NCBI GenBank assembly: GCA_021817245.1 | Contig: JAKAVQ010000006.1 | Span: 66,001-130,000, forward strand | Origin: Thermoplasmata archaeon | GTDB taxonomy: Archaea > Thermoplasmatota > Thermoplasmata > Lutacidiplasmatales > UBA184 | Length of the DNA stretch: 64,000 nt | Direction: 5' to 3' | In this document: positions 39,555-48,044 of the stretch, one piece after another | Numbering within the stretch: the stretch's first letter is position 1 | How the letters are laid out: each line of letters starts with the position of its first letter | Notes under the pieces: generated by a model | What the model was told of the DNA's origin: nothing | The model's input: the letters and a program-made list of their open reading frames with translations, nothing else | Databases searched by the model: none | Position numbers and translations under genes: made by a program

Positions 39555-40352
39555 GTGCCGGCCCCCCTCCGTCCCCGGTTGGCGGTCTGGAAGTTCGCCT
39601 CCTGCGACGGTTGCCAGCTCTCGGTCCTCGACCTCGAGGACGATCTGCTCGCCATCGCCGACCGGCTCGAGATCGCGAACTTCCGCGAGGCGTCGAGCGC
39701 CGTCGTCGACGGACCGTACGATCTTTCGCTGGTCGAGGGCTCGGTGACCACCCCCGAAGACGCCCGCCGGATCCGCGAGGTCCGGGCCGAGTCGCGGGTG
39801 CTCGTGACGATCGGCGCGTGTGCGACCGCCGGCGGGATCCAGTCGCTGCGCAACTTCGCCGAGTTCGAGGAGTTCCGCCGGGCCGTCTATGCCCGGCCCG
39901 AGTACCTCGACACGCTCGCGACATCGACCCCGATCGCCGACCACGTGCCGGTCGACTTCGAGCTGCGCGGTTGTCCGATCTCGAAACACCAGCTCCTCGA
40001 GGTCGTCTCGGCGTTCCTCCAGGGGCGCAGCCCGAACACCCCGAACGAGAGCGTCTGCATCGAGTGCAAGCGACGCGGCACGGTCTGCGTCCTCGTCGCG
40101 CGGGGTACCCCCTGCCTCGGGCCGGTCACCCAGGCCGGGTGCGGGGCGATCTGTCCCGCATTCGACCGCGGCTGCTACGGCTGCTTCGGACCCCAGGGCT
40201 CGCCGAACATTCCCTCCATGGTTGGCCGGCTCCACGAGCTCGGCATGACGCCGGGCGCCGTGCAGCGCGTCTTCCGTACCTACAACGCGATGGCCCCCGC
40301 GTTCAAGGGCGCGGCGGACGCCGCCGGAGCGGAGAAGGGGACCGAACCATGA
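39555..40352 (+). CDS. hydD: Group 3b hydrogenase small (delta) subunit
   Basis: [26 protein letters not shown]...C, CLGPVT.AGC.A.CP, CYGCFG. Confidence 0.93.
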   Translation: MPAPLRPRLAVWKFASCDGCQLSVLDLEDDLLAIADRLEIANFREASSAVVDGPYDLSLVEGSVTTPEDARRIREVRAESRVLVTIGACATAGGIQSLRNFAEFEEFRRAVYARPEYLDTLATSTPIADHVPVDFELRGCPISKHQLLEVVSAFLQGRSPNTPNESVCIECKRRGTVCVLVARGTPCLGPVTQAGCGAICPAFDRGCYGCFGPQGSPNIPSMVGRLHELGMTPGAVQRVFRTYNAMAPAFKGAADAAGAEKGTEP

Positions 40353-42163
40353 CGGAGAGCGAGCGGACGATCACCGTCGACTACCTCGCGCGGGTCGAAG
40401 GGGAGGGCTCGCTTCGGGTCCGGCTGAGGGGCGAGACCGTCGAGGACGTCGAGCTGCGGATCTTCGAGCCTCCGCGCTTCTTCGAGGCGTTCCTCCGCGG
40501 CCGCTCCTACCTCGAGGCACCCGACATCACCGCGCGGATCTGCGGGATCTGCCCGGTCGCCTACCAGATGAGCAGCGCCCACGCGCTCGAGCGCGCGCTC
40601 GGTGTCACGGTCGGGGGTGCCCTCCGTGACCTCCGGCGGATCCTGTACTGCGGGGAGTGGGTGGAGAGCCACGCGCTCCACATCTACCTGCTCCACGCCC
40701 CCGACTTCCTCGGATACTCCGACGCCGTCCGGCTCGCGAAGGATCACCCCGACGCCGTCCGTCGGGGCCTGGCCCTGAAGAAGGCGGGCAACCACCTGAT
40801 GCAGGTCCTGGGCGGGCGGGAGATCCACCCGATCAACGTCCGGGTCGGCGGGTTCTACCGGGCGCCGAGCCGGGCGGAGCTCGACGCGCTGCGGCCCGAG
40901 CTCGAGCAGGCGCTCGAGATCGCTGAAGAGACCGTACGATTCACCGCCGGCTTCGATTTCCCCGAGATCGAGGAGGACTACGAGTTCGTCGCGCTGCGCC
41001 ACCCGGACGAGTATCCGATGAACGAGGGGGAGGTCGTCTCGAGCCACGGCGTTCGCCTGCCGATGGACCGGTTCGAGGAGGTCTTCGAGGAGGTCCAGGC
41101 CCCGTACTCGAACGCGCTCCAGTCCGTCCACAAGGGGGAGGGCTCCTACCTGGTGGGGCCGCTCGCGCGCTACGCGCTCAACTCCGATCGACTCCCCCCG
41201 CGGGCGAGGACCGCCGCCCGGGCCGCCGGGCTCGCACCGGTCGAGCGGAACCCGTACCGGAGCATCGTCGTGCGGTCGGTCGAGGTCGTCCTTGCGCTCG
41301 AGGAGGCGCTCCGCCTGATCGATCGGTACCGGCCGCCGGACGCCCCGTGCGTGCCGCTCCCGGCGACGTTCCCCGCGACCGGTGCCGCCTGGATCACCGA
41401 GGCCCCCCGGGGGATGCTCTACCACCGCTACCGGCTCCGGGCGGACGGGCTCATCGAGGAGGCGAAGATCGTCGCGCCGACCTCCCAGAACCAGAAGCGG
41501 ATCGAGGACGACCTGCGCCACCTGGTGGGAAAGTCGCTTCGGTGGGACGACGCGGCGCTCACCACGGCGTGCGAGCGCGCGGTCCGCAACCACGACCCGT
41601 GCATCTCCTGCGCGACGCACTTTCTCACCCTCGAGGTCGAGCGCATCCCGGAGGGGACGGGGGAATCCCCGGAAGCGAACCGGGCGGCGCCGACGCTCGT
41701 CGTCGGGCTCGGGCAGGAGGATCGCGGAGACGACCGGGCCGGGATCGAGGTCGTGCGCGTCCTGCGCCGACGGTTCCGCGGGACCGAAGTCGAGTTCCTC
41801 GAAGGACCCGCGGATGTCGCGCTGCTTCTCGACCGCTGGTCCGGCCGCGAGCGAACGATCGTGGTCGACGCGGTGCGCTCCGGTCGACCCGCGGGCACGA
41901 TCCAGGTGCTGGAGGTCCTGGGCGACCGCCTGCCGCCGACCTACGGCGGCTCCTCGACCCACGGGCTCGGCCTTGCCGAGGCCGTGGCGCTCGGCCGGGC
42001 GCTGGACCGCATGCCCCGCCACCTCACGATCTGGGGGATTGAGGTCGGCACGATCCGGATCGGGAGCCCCCCCTCCGGGCCGGTCCTCCGGGCGGTCGAG
42101 GACGTGACGGACCGCCTGGCGCGCGAGCTCGGCGGCCCCCGGCGCGCCGCGCGGGAGACCTGA
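40349..42163 (+). CDS. hydA: Group 3b hydrogenase large (alpha) subunit fused in frame to a hydrogenase maturation endopeptidase
   Basis: ARVEGEG, L1 [16 protein letters not shown]2 DPCISCATH, then without a stop [29 protein letters not shown]. Confidence 0.92.
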   Translation: MTESERTITVDYLARVEGEGSLRVRLRGETVEDVELRIFEPPRFFEAFLRGRSYLEAPDITARICGICPVAYQMSSAHALERALGVTVGGALRDLRRILYCGEWVESHALHIYLLHAPDFLGYSDAVRLAKDHPDAVRRGLALKKAGNHLMQVLGGREIHPINVRVGGFYRAPSRAELDALRPELEQALEIAEETVRFTAGFDFPEIEEDYEFVALRHPDEYPMNEGEVVSSHGVRLPMDRFEEVFEEVQAPYSNALQSVHKGEGSYLVGPLARYALNSDRLPPRARTAARAAGLAPVERNPYRSIVVRSVEVVLALEEALRLIDRYRPPDAPCVPLPATFPATGAAWITEAPRGMLYHRYRLRADGLIEEAKIVAPTSQNQKRIEDDLRHLVGKSLRWDDAALTTACERAVRNHDPCISCATHFLTLEVERIPEGTGESPEANRAAPTLVVGLGQEDRGDDRAGIEVVRVLRRRFRGTEVEFLEGPADVALLLDRWSGRERTIVVDAVRSGRPAGTIQVLEVLGDRLPPTYGGSSTHGLGLAEAVALGRALDRMPRHLTIWGIEVGTIRIGSPPSGPVLRAVEDVTDRLARELGGPRRAARET

Positions 42164-42176
42164 CGGAGGGCGCTCG

Positions 42177-42503
42177 GTGCACGAAGAGGCGCTGCTGCGG
42201 GACCTCGTCCGCAAGGTGGAAGAGGTTGCCCGGGCCCATCGGGTCGAGCGCGTCGAACGGGTGCGGCTCTGGGTCGGGGCGCTCTCCCACCTGACCGAAG
42301 GGACCCTCCGCGCCCGGTGGTCGATGGCGACCATCGGTTCGGTGGCCGAAGGTTCGGGGCTCGAAGTGGAGAGCTCCCTCGACGTCCACGACCCGCGGGC
42401 GCAGGGAGTCGTCCTGCAGAGCCTCACTCCCCGGAGCCCGTGGAAAGGGAGCGGGCATCCGCCGTCCGTAAGGGAAAAGCCCCCGGTTTCCCCGTCGAGT
42501 TAA
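42177..42503 (+). CDS. hypA: HypA-like nickel metallochaperone lacking the Zn-finger CxxC motifs
   Basis: MHE N-terminus (GTG start), VRLWVGALSH, AEGSGLEVE; contains no cysteine. Confidence 0.75.
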   Translation: MHEEALLRDLVRKVEEVARAHRVERVERVRLWVGALSHLTEGTLRARWSMATIGSVAEGSGLEVESSLDVHDPRAQGVVLQSLTPRSPWKGSGHPPSVREKPPVSPSS

Positions 42504-42565
42504 AGGGAAGGCGCTCGCATGCGGGATCGGTCGACCGAGAGGGGAACGCCTCCGACGGAGGAACC

Positions 42566-42874
42566 ATGTGCCTGACCGTACCGGGCCGGATCGTGTTGAT
42601 CGAGGAGAGAGGAACCGAAGGGCGCTCCGCCGAGGTCGACTTCGGCGCCCTGCATCGACGGGCGAGCCTCCTGTACGTTCCCGAGGCGGCCGTCGGAGAC
42701 TTCGTGCTGGTCCAGGCCGGCTTCGCGGTGCGCCGCCTCACGGTCACCGAAGCGGAGGAGTCGCTCGCCTACCACCGGGAGCTCTCCGCGCTCTCGGCGG
42801 AGCCGGCGCGGTCGACGACCCAGGGAAACGCGGCGCGGGACCCCGCCACGCCCCCGCACGCAGGCGATCGATGA
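42566..42874 (+). CDS. hypC: HypC/HybG family hydrogenase chaperone
   Basis: MCLTVPGRI, AEVDFG, VGDFVLVQAGFA, EAEESL; GGAGG RBS. Confidence 0.9.
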   Translation: MCLTVPGRIVLIEERGTEGRSAEVDFGALHRRASLLYVPEAAVGDFVLVQAGFAVRRLTVTEAEESLAYHRELSALSAEPARSTTQGNAARDPATPPHAGDR

Positions 42875-43824
42875 CCGATCGCGCGTCCTGGGTAGGACCC
42901 GGTGTCCTCCTCGTCTTCCTGACCGCGCTCGTGAGCGGGGTCTCCACGTTCGTGAACGCGTTCGCGGTCCAGGGGGCGAGCTCCGACGCCTTCGTCACGA
43001 TCCGCAATCTGGTCGTCGCGGCCGCCCTCGTGCCGGTCGCCCTCGTCACCCGCCGGGCGCTGCGCGCGCCGTCGCTGCGCCTCGTCGACTGGGCGCGGCT
43101 CGTCTCGATCGGACTTCTCGGCGGGGCGATCCCGTTCCTCCTCTTCTTCCACGGGCTCGAGCTCGCGGCCCGCGCCGGGGGCGCCGCCACGGCGTCGTTC
43201 GGTTACCGGACCCTGTTCCTCTGGGCGGGCGTGCTCGCCGCGGTCGGGCTCCGCGAACGACTTCCCCGCCGCGCCCTTCTGGCGGCGGGGCTCCTGCTCG
43301 CCGGGAACGTTCTCCTCCTCGCGCTCACGAGCCCGATCTGGACCGACGGGACCGCCTACGTCCTGGCCGCGACCGGGCTTTGGGCCGTCGAGTACACGCT
43401 GTCCAAGCGGACCCTGCGCGATCTCGCGCCCGCGACCGTCGCGGCCGGGCGGATGGGCTTCGGCGCGCTGTTCCTGGCGGGATACCTCGGGTTCACGGCG
43501 CAGTGGGGCCACGTCGCGGACTTCTCGGGCGGCGATTGGGCCTGGGTCGGGATCAGCGCGGCCTTCCTCCTCGCCTTCGTCGCGTGCTGGTACACCGGCC
43601 TCCAGCGGGTCGACCTGGGTTCCGCGACGAGCGTCCTCGTCCTCGGCTTCCCCATCACCTGGTGCCTCGGGGTCCTTGTCCAGGGGCAGGGACTGTCGCT
43701 CGAGTCCGCGCTGGGGGCGTTGGCCGTGGTGCTCGGCGCCGTGATCGCGGTCGGCTCCACCGCCTTCCGCGCGACCCGCCGGTACCTCTCCGGGGTGCTC
43801 CGTCCCTCGGTCGCGGCGACCTAG
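42871..43824 (+). CDS. EamA/DMT family transporter
   Basis: About 10 TM helices in two EamA-like repeats, GLRERL; ATGA overlap with hypC. Confidence 0.85.
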   Translation: MTDRASWVGPGVLLVFLTALVSGVSTFVNAFAVQGASSDAFVTIRNLVVAAALVPVALVTRRALRAPSLRLVDWARLVSIGLLGGAIPFLLFFHGLELAARAGGAATASFGYRTLFLWAGVLAAVGLRERLPRRALLAAGLLLAGNVLLLALTSPIWTDGTAYVLAATGLWAVEYTLSKRTLRDLAPATVAAGRMGFGALFLAGYLGFTAQWGHVADFSGGDWAWVGISAAFLLAFVACWYTGLQRVDLGSATSVLVLGFPITWCLGVLVQGQGLSLESALGALAVVLGAVIAVGSTAFRATRRYLSGVLRPSVAAT

Positions 43825-43825
43825 G

Positions 43826-44569
43826 ATGGCGGAGGACGGGGCCGCGCTCTGCGCCCGCTTCAGCCTCGCGACCAATCGGCTGCAGTACTGCGGCCCGAAC
43901 GATGCCGAGGGACCGCTCTACCGGGCGATCGTGGAGGGGACCGACCTCGACCGCGCCCGAAACGCGCTGCGGCGCTTCGAGGCGCTGTATCCGTATCTCG
44001 CGGCGATCGGGGAGCGGCACCAGCTTGACCCGTTCGACGCCCGGGTCGTCGAGGCGTACTGGATCGGAAACCGACTGCTCGACGACTTCGGGCGCGAGCG
44101 GTTCATCGCGCTCCTTCACACGCTCGGCCGTCGGGGCCTTCCCCCCCGCACGGTGGATCGCCTGGTGGCCCACCTCCCCGAGCGCCCGCTGCCGCATCAC
44201 GCGTTCCACGTGGCGTACGTCGGAGTCGGCGAGGTGACGGGTCATGTGCCGACCACGCTCGCGAACCTTGAGGCGTGCCGTCCGGCACCCGCCCGGGTGA
44301 CCCGGTGCTTGCCGGGAGAGCTCGAAGTCGAACGACGCCCGCTCGTGGTCGACGGAGGCCGACTGGAGCTGGGACCTCCGACGCGGGAGCGGCGGCCGTT
44401 CGACCCGCGCATCGTTCCGGAGCCGAGGGTCGGCGACTGGGTGGCCCTCCACTGGGGCCATCCGGCCCTCCTCCTGCACGAGGCTCAACGGGCCGCGCTC
44501 GAGGAGTACACCCGTCGGTCGATCGCCGCGGCGAACGAGGCGCTTCCGGCGCTACGAACGCTGCGGTAA
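43826..44569 (+). CDS. DUF6390-like hydrogenase-associated protein
   Basis: ARFS..TNRLQYCGP, FEALYPYL, DARVVEAYWIGN, PHHAFHV, CR, GDWVALHWG; family name recalled, not searched. Confidence 0.72.
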   Translation: MAEDGAALCARFSLATNRLQYCGPNDAEGPLYRAIVEGTDLDRARNALRRFEALYPYLAAIGERHQLDPFDARVVEAYWIGNRLLDDFGRERFIALLHTLGRRGLPPRTVDRLVAHLPERPLPHHAFHVAYVGVGEVTGHVPTTLANLEACRPAPARVTRCLPGELEVERRPLVVDGGRLELGPPTRERRPFDPRIVPEPRVGDWVALHWGHPALLLHEAQRAALEEYTRRSIAAANEALPALRTLR

Positions 44570-44629
44570 GCCGCCGGGCCCAGCGCTCCCCGGGAGGCAA
44601 CCGCGGCGGGCCGGGCGCGCGCCCGAGGA

Positions 44630-45916
44630 TCAGAAGGACAGTCGGGAGAGGCCCGGCAGGGTGATCGAGACGAGGCCGGCGACGACGAGCCCGAGCCCGT
44701 CCAGCGCCAGGAGCGGCTCGAGAGGCAGCCGGGCGGAGAGTTCGCCGACCACGAGGACCGCGATCGACCCCGAGACCCCCGTGAAGAGGTACAAGTTCGC
44801 GCTGAGTCGGCCGAGGAGCTCCGGCGCGTACGACCCCTGGACCCAAGTGTACTTCGCGGTGTACCGGACCGAGACCGCGGCGCCCGCTACCGCCACCAGG
44901 AACGCCGGGAGCGCGAGCGGCACGCCCGTGGGAAGGAGGGCGAGAAGGCTGACGCCGGCGAGGACCGGCGTCAGGATCAGCAGTCGACCGACGTGCCGTC
45001 GGGGATTGGCGTGACCGACGAGAATGCCGGCGAGGGAGCCCCCGAGCGCGAACGCCGTCACAAGGACCGCGTAGGCCGACGCCGGCGTGCCGAAGCGCTC
45101 GAAGGCGATCGCCGGGAGGAGCAGTGGCGGCACCGCCGAGAAGAATCCGAAGAGGACGTCCACGCCCGCCAGCGACCGCAACGATCGACCGGCCCGGCCG
45201 CGGAACGCGTCCCACCCCCGGCGGAACGTTTCGAGGAACCTCGTGTCGGGCGGATGCTCGACCCGCAACCGGAGCGGGAGCGCGATGAGGAACGCGCCGA
45301 GCAGGAGGACGGCGTAGGCGCTCGCGCCCCCGTAGGGCCCCACGAAGTAGAGGAGCGCGCCGCCGCCCGCGTAGCCGCCGACCTGGGTCCCGACGGACAC
45401 GACGCTGGAGAGCCCGTCGGCGACGAACAGCTGTCGCTTCGGGAGGACGAGCGGGGGGGCGATCATGAACGTCGCCCAGACGAAGTCCCAGAGCACCGCG
45501 AGGACCAGGACGAGACCGAGCAGTACCGGCACCGAGAGCGCGCCGCCACGGAGCTCGACCGCGAGCAGCGCTGCCGCGAGGGCCTGGATCGGATAGCAGA
45601 CGAGGAGGACGGTGCGCTTGTCGCGCGCCCGATCGACGAGCGGGGCGATGAGGAAGGTCAGCGTGTAGACTCCGTACTCGATGAACAGCACCGCGCCCGC
45701 GACGAGAAGGTTCCCCGAGAGCCCGTAGGCCAGGAAGAGAACGGAGACCGAGTAGACCGCGTAACCCGCCCCGGCCAGCGTCCCAGACCCGAGGAGCAAA
45801 AGGTAGCGGCGGTTACGGAGGAGCTCGGACCATCCCCCGGTCTGGTACTCGACCTTGTCGCTCCGTGGGGAAGGGCCCGACACCGTCGGCGGATCGTTGC
45901 CGGTCGATCGTGCCAT
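44630..45916 (-). CDS. MFS transporter
   Basis: About 12 TM helices, APLVDRARDKR motif A-like, LLRNRRY. Confidence 0.85.
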   Translation of the reverse strand: MARSTGNDPPTVSGPSPRSDKVEYQTGGWSELLRNRRYLLLLGSGTLAGAGYAVYSVSVLFLAYGLSGNLLVAGAVLFIEYGVYTLTFLIAPLVDRARDKRTVLLVCYPIQALAAALLAVELRGGALSVPVLLGLVLVLAVLWDFVWATFMIAPPLVLPKRQLFVADGLSSVVSVGTQVGGYAGGGALLYFVGPYGGASAYAVLLLGAFLIALPLRLRVEHPPDTRFLETFRRGWDAFRGRAGRSLRSLAGVDVLFGFFSAVPPLLLPAIAFERFGTPASAYAVLVTAFALGGSLAGILVGHANPRRHVGRLLILTPVLAGVSLLALLPTGVPLALPAFLVAVAGAAVSVRYTAKYTWVQGSYAPELLGRLSANLYLFTGVSGSIAVLVVGELSARLPLEPLLALDGLGLVVAGLVSITLPGLSRLSF

Positions 45917-45930
45917 CGACGGGCCTCTCC

Positions 45931-46653
45931 TCACCGACACCCGAGTTCCCCGGGACGGCCGCGTACCCAGAAGCGGCAGACCGGGTCCCCGGCGACCACA
46001 CGATGGCTCACCCGCACATCGGCGTCGAGAAGGTCCCCGAAGAGACGGCGTTCGACGTCGCAGGCTTCGCCGTACCGCTCGGCGATGGCCACGATCGGGC
46101 AGTTGTGCTCGAGGATCGCCTGTCCCCCCTTCGTCGGCCGACCGGCCGACGCCATGTATCCCTCCTCGTCGCGGATGCGGGCAAGCTCGCGGGTGCGGCC
46201 CACGAGATCGAGGCCGGCGAGCCGGCGGGAGTGGCGCGTCCGAAGCTCGGAGGCGCGCTCTTGGAGCATCTCGAGGACAGCGCGTCGCCCGTGCCGACGC
46301 TCGAGGAAGTCGAGCGCGCTCAGGGACATCTGGCGGTAGGCCTCGGGAAATATCCGTTGGGAATCTGCCGATAGGAAGTAGACCGCGAACGGGCGTCCCC
46401 GGCGCCCGTGCTGGTACTCCCGCTCCACGAGCCCCCTCCCCTCGAGCTCGGCGAGATGCTTCCAGGCGGCCGCGCGAGAGACCCCGAGCGCTCCCGCGAC
46501 CTTGACGAGCGAGGAGGGGGAGCGCTTCAGGAAGAGCAGGATCGCGCGCTTCCCGGCGGAGAATCCGGTGGGGATCCCGGGCGTCGCCGGGGCCGCGGGC
46601 AAGATGCAGGAAGGCGGCCCCGATTCATGAACCATGGGGTTGACAAAGTTCAC
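45931..46653 (-). CDS. ArsR/SufR-like HTH transcriptional regulator
   Basis: wHTH VAGALGVSRAAAWKHLAELEGRGLV, GRP, C-terminal HNCPI...C..E...GDPVCRF; start uncertain. Confidence 0.85.
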   Translation of the reverse strand: MNFVNPMVHESGPPSCILPAAPATPGIPTGFSAGKRAILLFLKRSPSSLVKVAGALGVSRAAAWKHLAELEGRGLVEREYQHGRRGRPFAVYFLSADSQRIFPEAYRQMSLSALDFLERRHGRRAVLEMLQERASELRTRHSRRLAGLDLVGRTRELARIRDEEGYMASAGRPTKGGQAILEHNCPIVAIAERYGEACDVERRLFGDLLDADVRVSHRVVAGDPVCRFWVRGRPGELGCR

Positions 46654-46783
46654 AAAACGGCTCGTTCGGCAGCGCCCCTCCCAAAGACCGCCGGGACCGG
46701 GTCCACCGGGCGTAACGACTATACGGCCGCCGCGGGTGGGACCGCTCGTGGTCGACCTTCAGGAGACGCCGGCCGTTCCCCCG

Positions 46784-47065
46784 ATGGAACCGGGCGGGGA
46801 CGTGCGCGTCGGCTACTTCGCCGCGGGAAGCCTCCTGGTCGTTCTGGGCTGGGGGCTCGCGGTGGTGCTCAACCTTGTCCTCCATGCGCTCGCCGGATCC
46901 CAAGGAATGGTGTTGGGGCCGGTCCGCATCACCTCCGCGATCGGCGACTACGCCTGGGCGGTGTTCGGGCTCGGATTGTTCACGGGAGCGCTCGGCGTGG
47001 TCCTGATCGGCCTCGGGCGGTCGTCCCCGCGCGGACCGCTCGTGCTGCCCGGGTACGACTACTGA
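46784..47065 (+). CDS. Small hypothetical membrane protein (2 TM)
   Basis: Two hydrophobic helices. Confidence 0.6.
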   Translation: MEPGGDVRVGYFAAGSLLVVLGWGLAVVLNLVLHALAGSQGMVLGPVRITSAIGDYAWAVFGLGLFTGALGVVLIGLGRSSPRGPLVLPGYDY

Positions 47066-47274
47066 ATTCGGCCCGGGGCCGGCCGCGACCGGTGCACCCG
47101 TCGGGACGGTGGCTGGCGGGACTCGACCGTGCTCTGGCCGCGGCGCTGGGTCTGCAGGCAGTCGTTGCAGGTGCGCTCGTCCTCGTCGAGGCAGCCGTGG
47201 CAGAACGTGCGGCCGCACACCGTACAGGCGAGCGCCGCCGGTGAACCGCACCGAGCGCACTGACCAATGAACAC
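47059..47274 (-). CDS. Small zinc-finger protein
   Basis: CARC...CTVCGRTFCHGC...CNDC; GGAGG upstream. Confidence 0.7.
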   Translation of the reverse strand: MFIGQCARCGSPAALACTVCGRTFCHGCLDEDERTCNDCLQTQRRGQSTVESRQPPSRRVHRSRPAPGRIQ

Positions 47275-47300
47275 TGGCCCCTCCTCCGGGTAGGAATCGC

Positions 47301-48044
47301 TCAGGCGAGAAGTCCGCTGGCCTTAAGCCCTTCGACAAAGCCGGCGGCGTACGTCGCCCGGCTCACGTACCGAGCCGCCCGGCGAGCCCGAGGGCTGGCG
47401 GAGGCGAAGCTCACCCCGAAGCCGGCGGCGCGCAGCATGCGGACGTCGTTGTCGCCGTCGCCCAGGACCACGCACTGGGAGGTCGAGAGCCCGAGGTGGC
47501 CGAGGGCGCGCACCAGCGCCGGAAGCTTGCCGGCGCCCCGTTCCATGAGGTGGATCGCGAATCCGGTCGACTCCACTTCGACCGGGCAGCCCTTGAGGGC
47601 GCGACGGATCCGGGCGGCGGCGACCGTCGGCTCGAGCGCGACCTCGCTCTCGCGCCATCGGTCGGTGAAGAGACGCCGCACCGGGATCCCCCCGGCGCGG
47701 AGACTTCGATAGGCCCGGCGGGCCGGGGCCGGATCGGCGAGCCGCTCGACGACGTCCCGGCCCAAGCCGTCCCGCCGGTAGAGGATCCCGCCATTCTCGG
47801 CCACGATCGGTCCCGAGAGACCGAGCGACCGGTAGAGAGCGAGGGCGATCGGAAGGACGTTGCCGGTCGCAAGGAGGACGGGCACGCCGCGGTCCTCGAG
47901 CGCTCGGACGCAGCGGAGCGCCTCGAGGTCGAGGCGTCGGCTCGAGTCGGTAAGCGTCCCGTCCACGTCCGTGACCACCGCGCGGAACTCGGTAGGGCCG
48001 TGGGGCCGGCTCCGGAACCTCCGGTCGACCCGGGACCGGCTCAT
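47301..48044 (-). CDS. HAD-superfamily phosphoglycolate phosphatase (SPP-like/TA0175 type)
   Basis: DVDGTLTD, LATGN, AENGG, GK, GDGDND. Confidence 0.88.
   Translation of the reverse strand: MSRSRVDRRFRSRPHGPTEFRAVVTDVDGTLTDSSRRLDLEALRCVRALEDRGVPVLLATGNVLPIALALYRSLGLSGPIVAENGGILYRRDGLGRDVVERLADPAPARRAYRSLRAGGIPVRRLFTDRWRESEVALEPTVAAARIRRALKGCPVEVESTGFAIHLMERGAGKLPALVRALGHLGLSTSQCVVLGDGDNDVRMLRAAGFGVSFASASPRARRAARYVSRATYAAGFVEGLKASGLLA

Noticed and set aside
40349-41620. Selenocysteine-containing (NiFeSe) hydrogenase
   Set aside because: L1 and L2 ligands are all TGC Cys codons, with no in-frame TGA.
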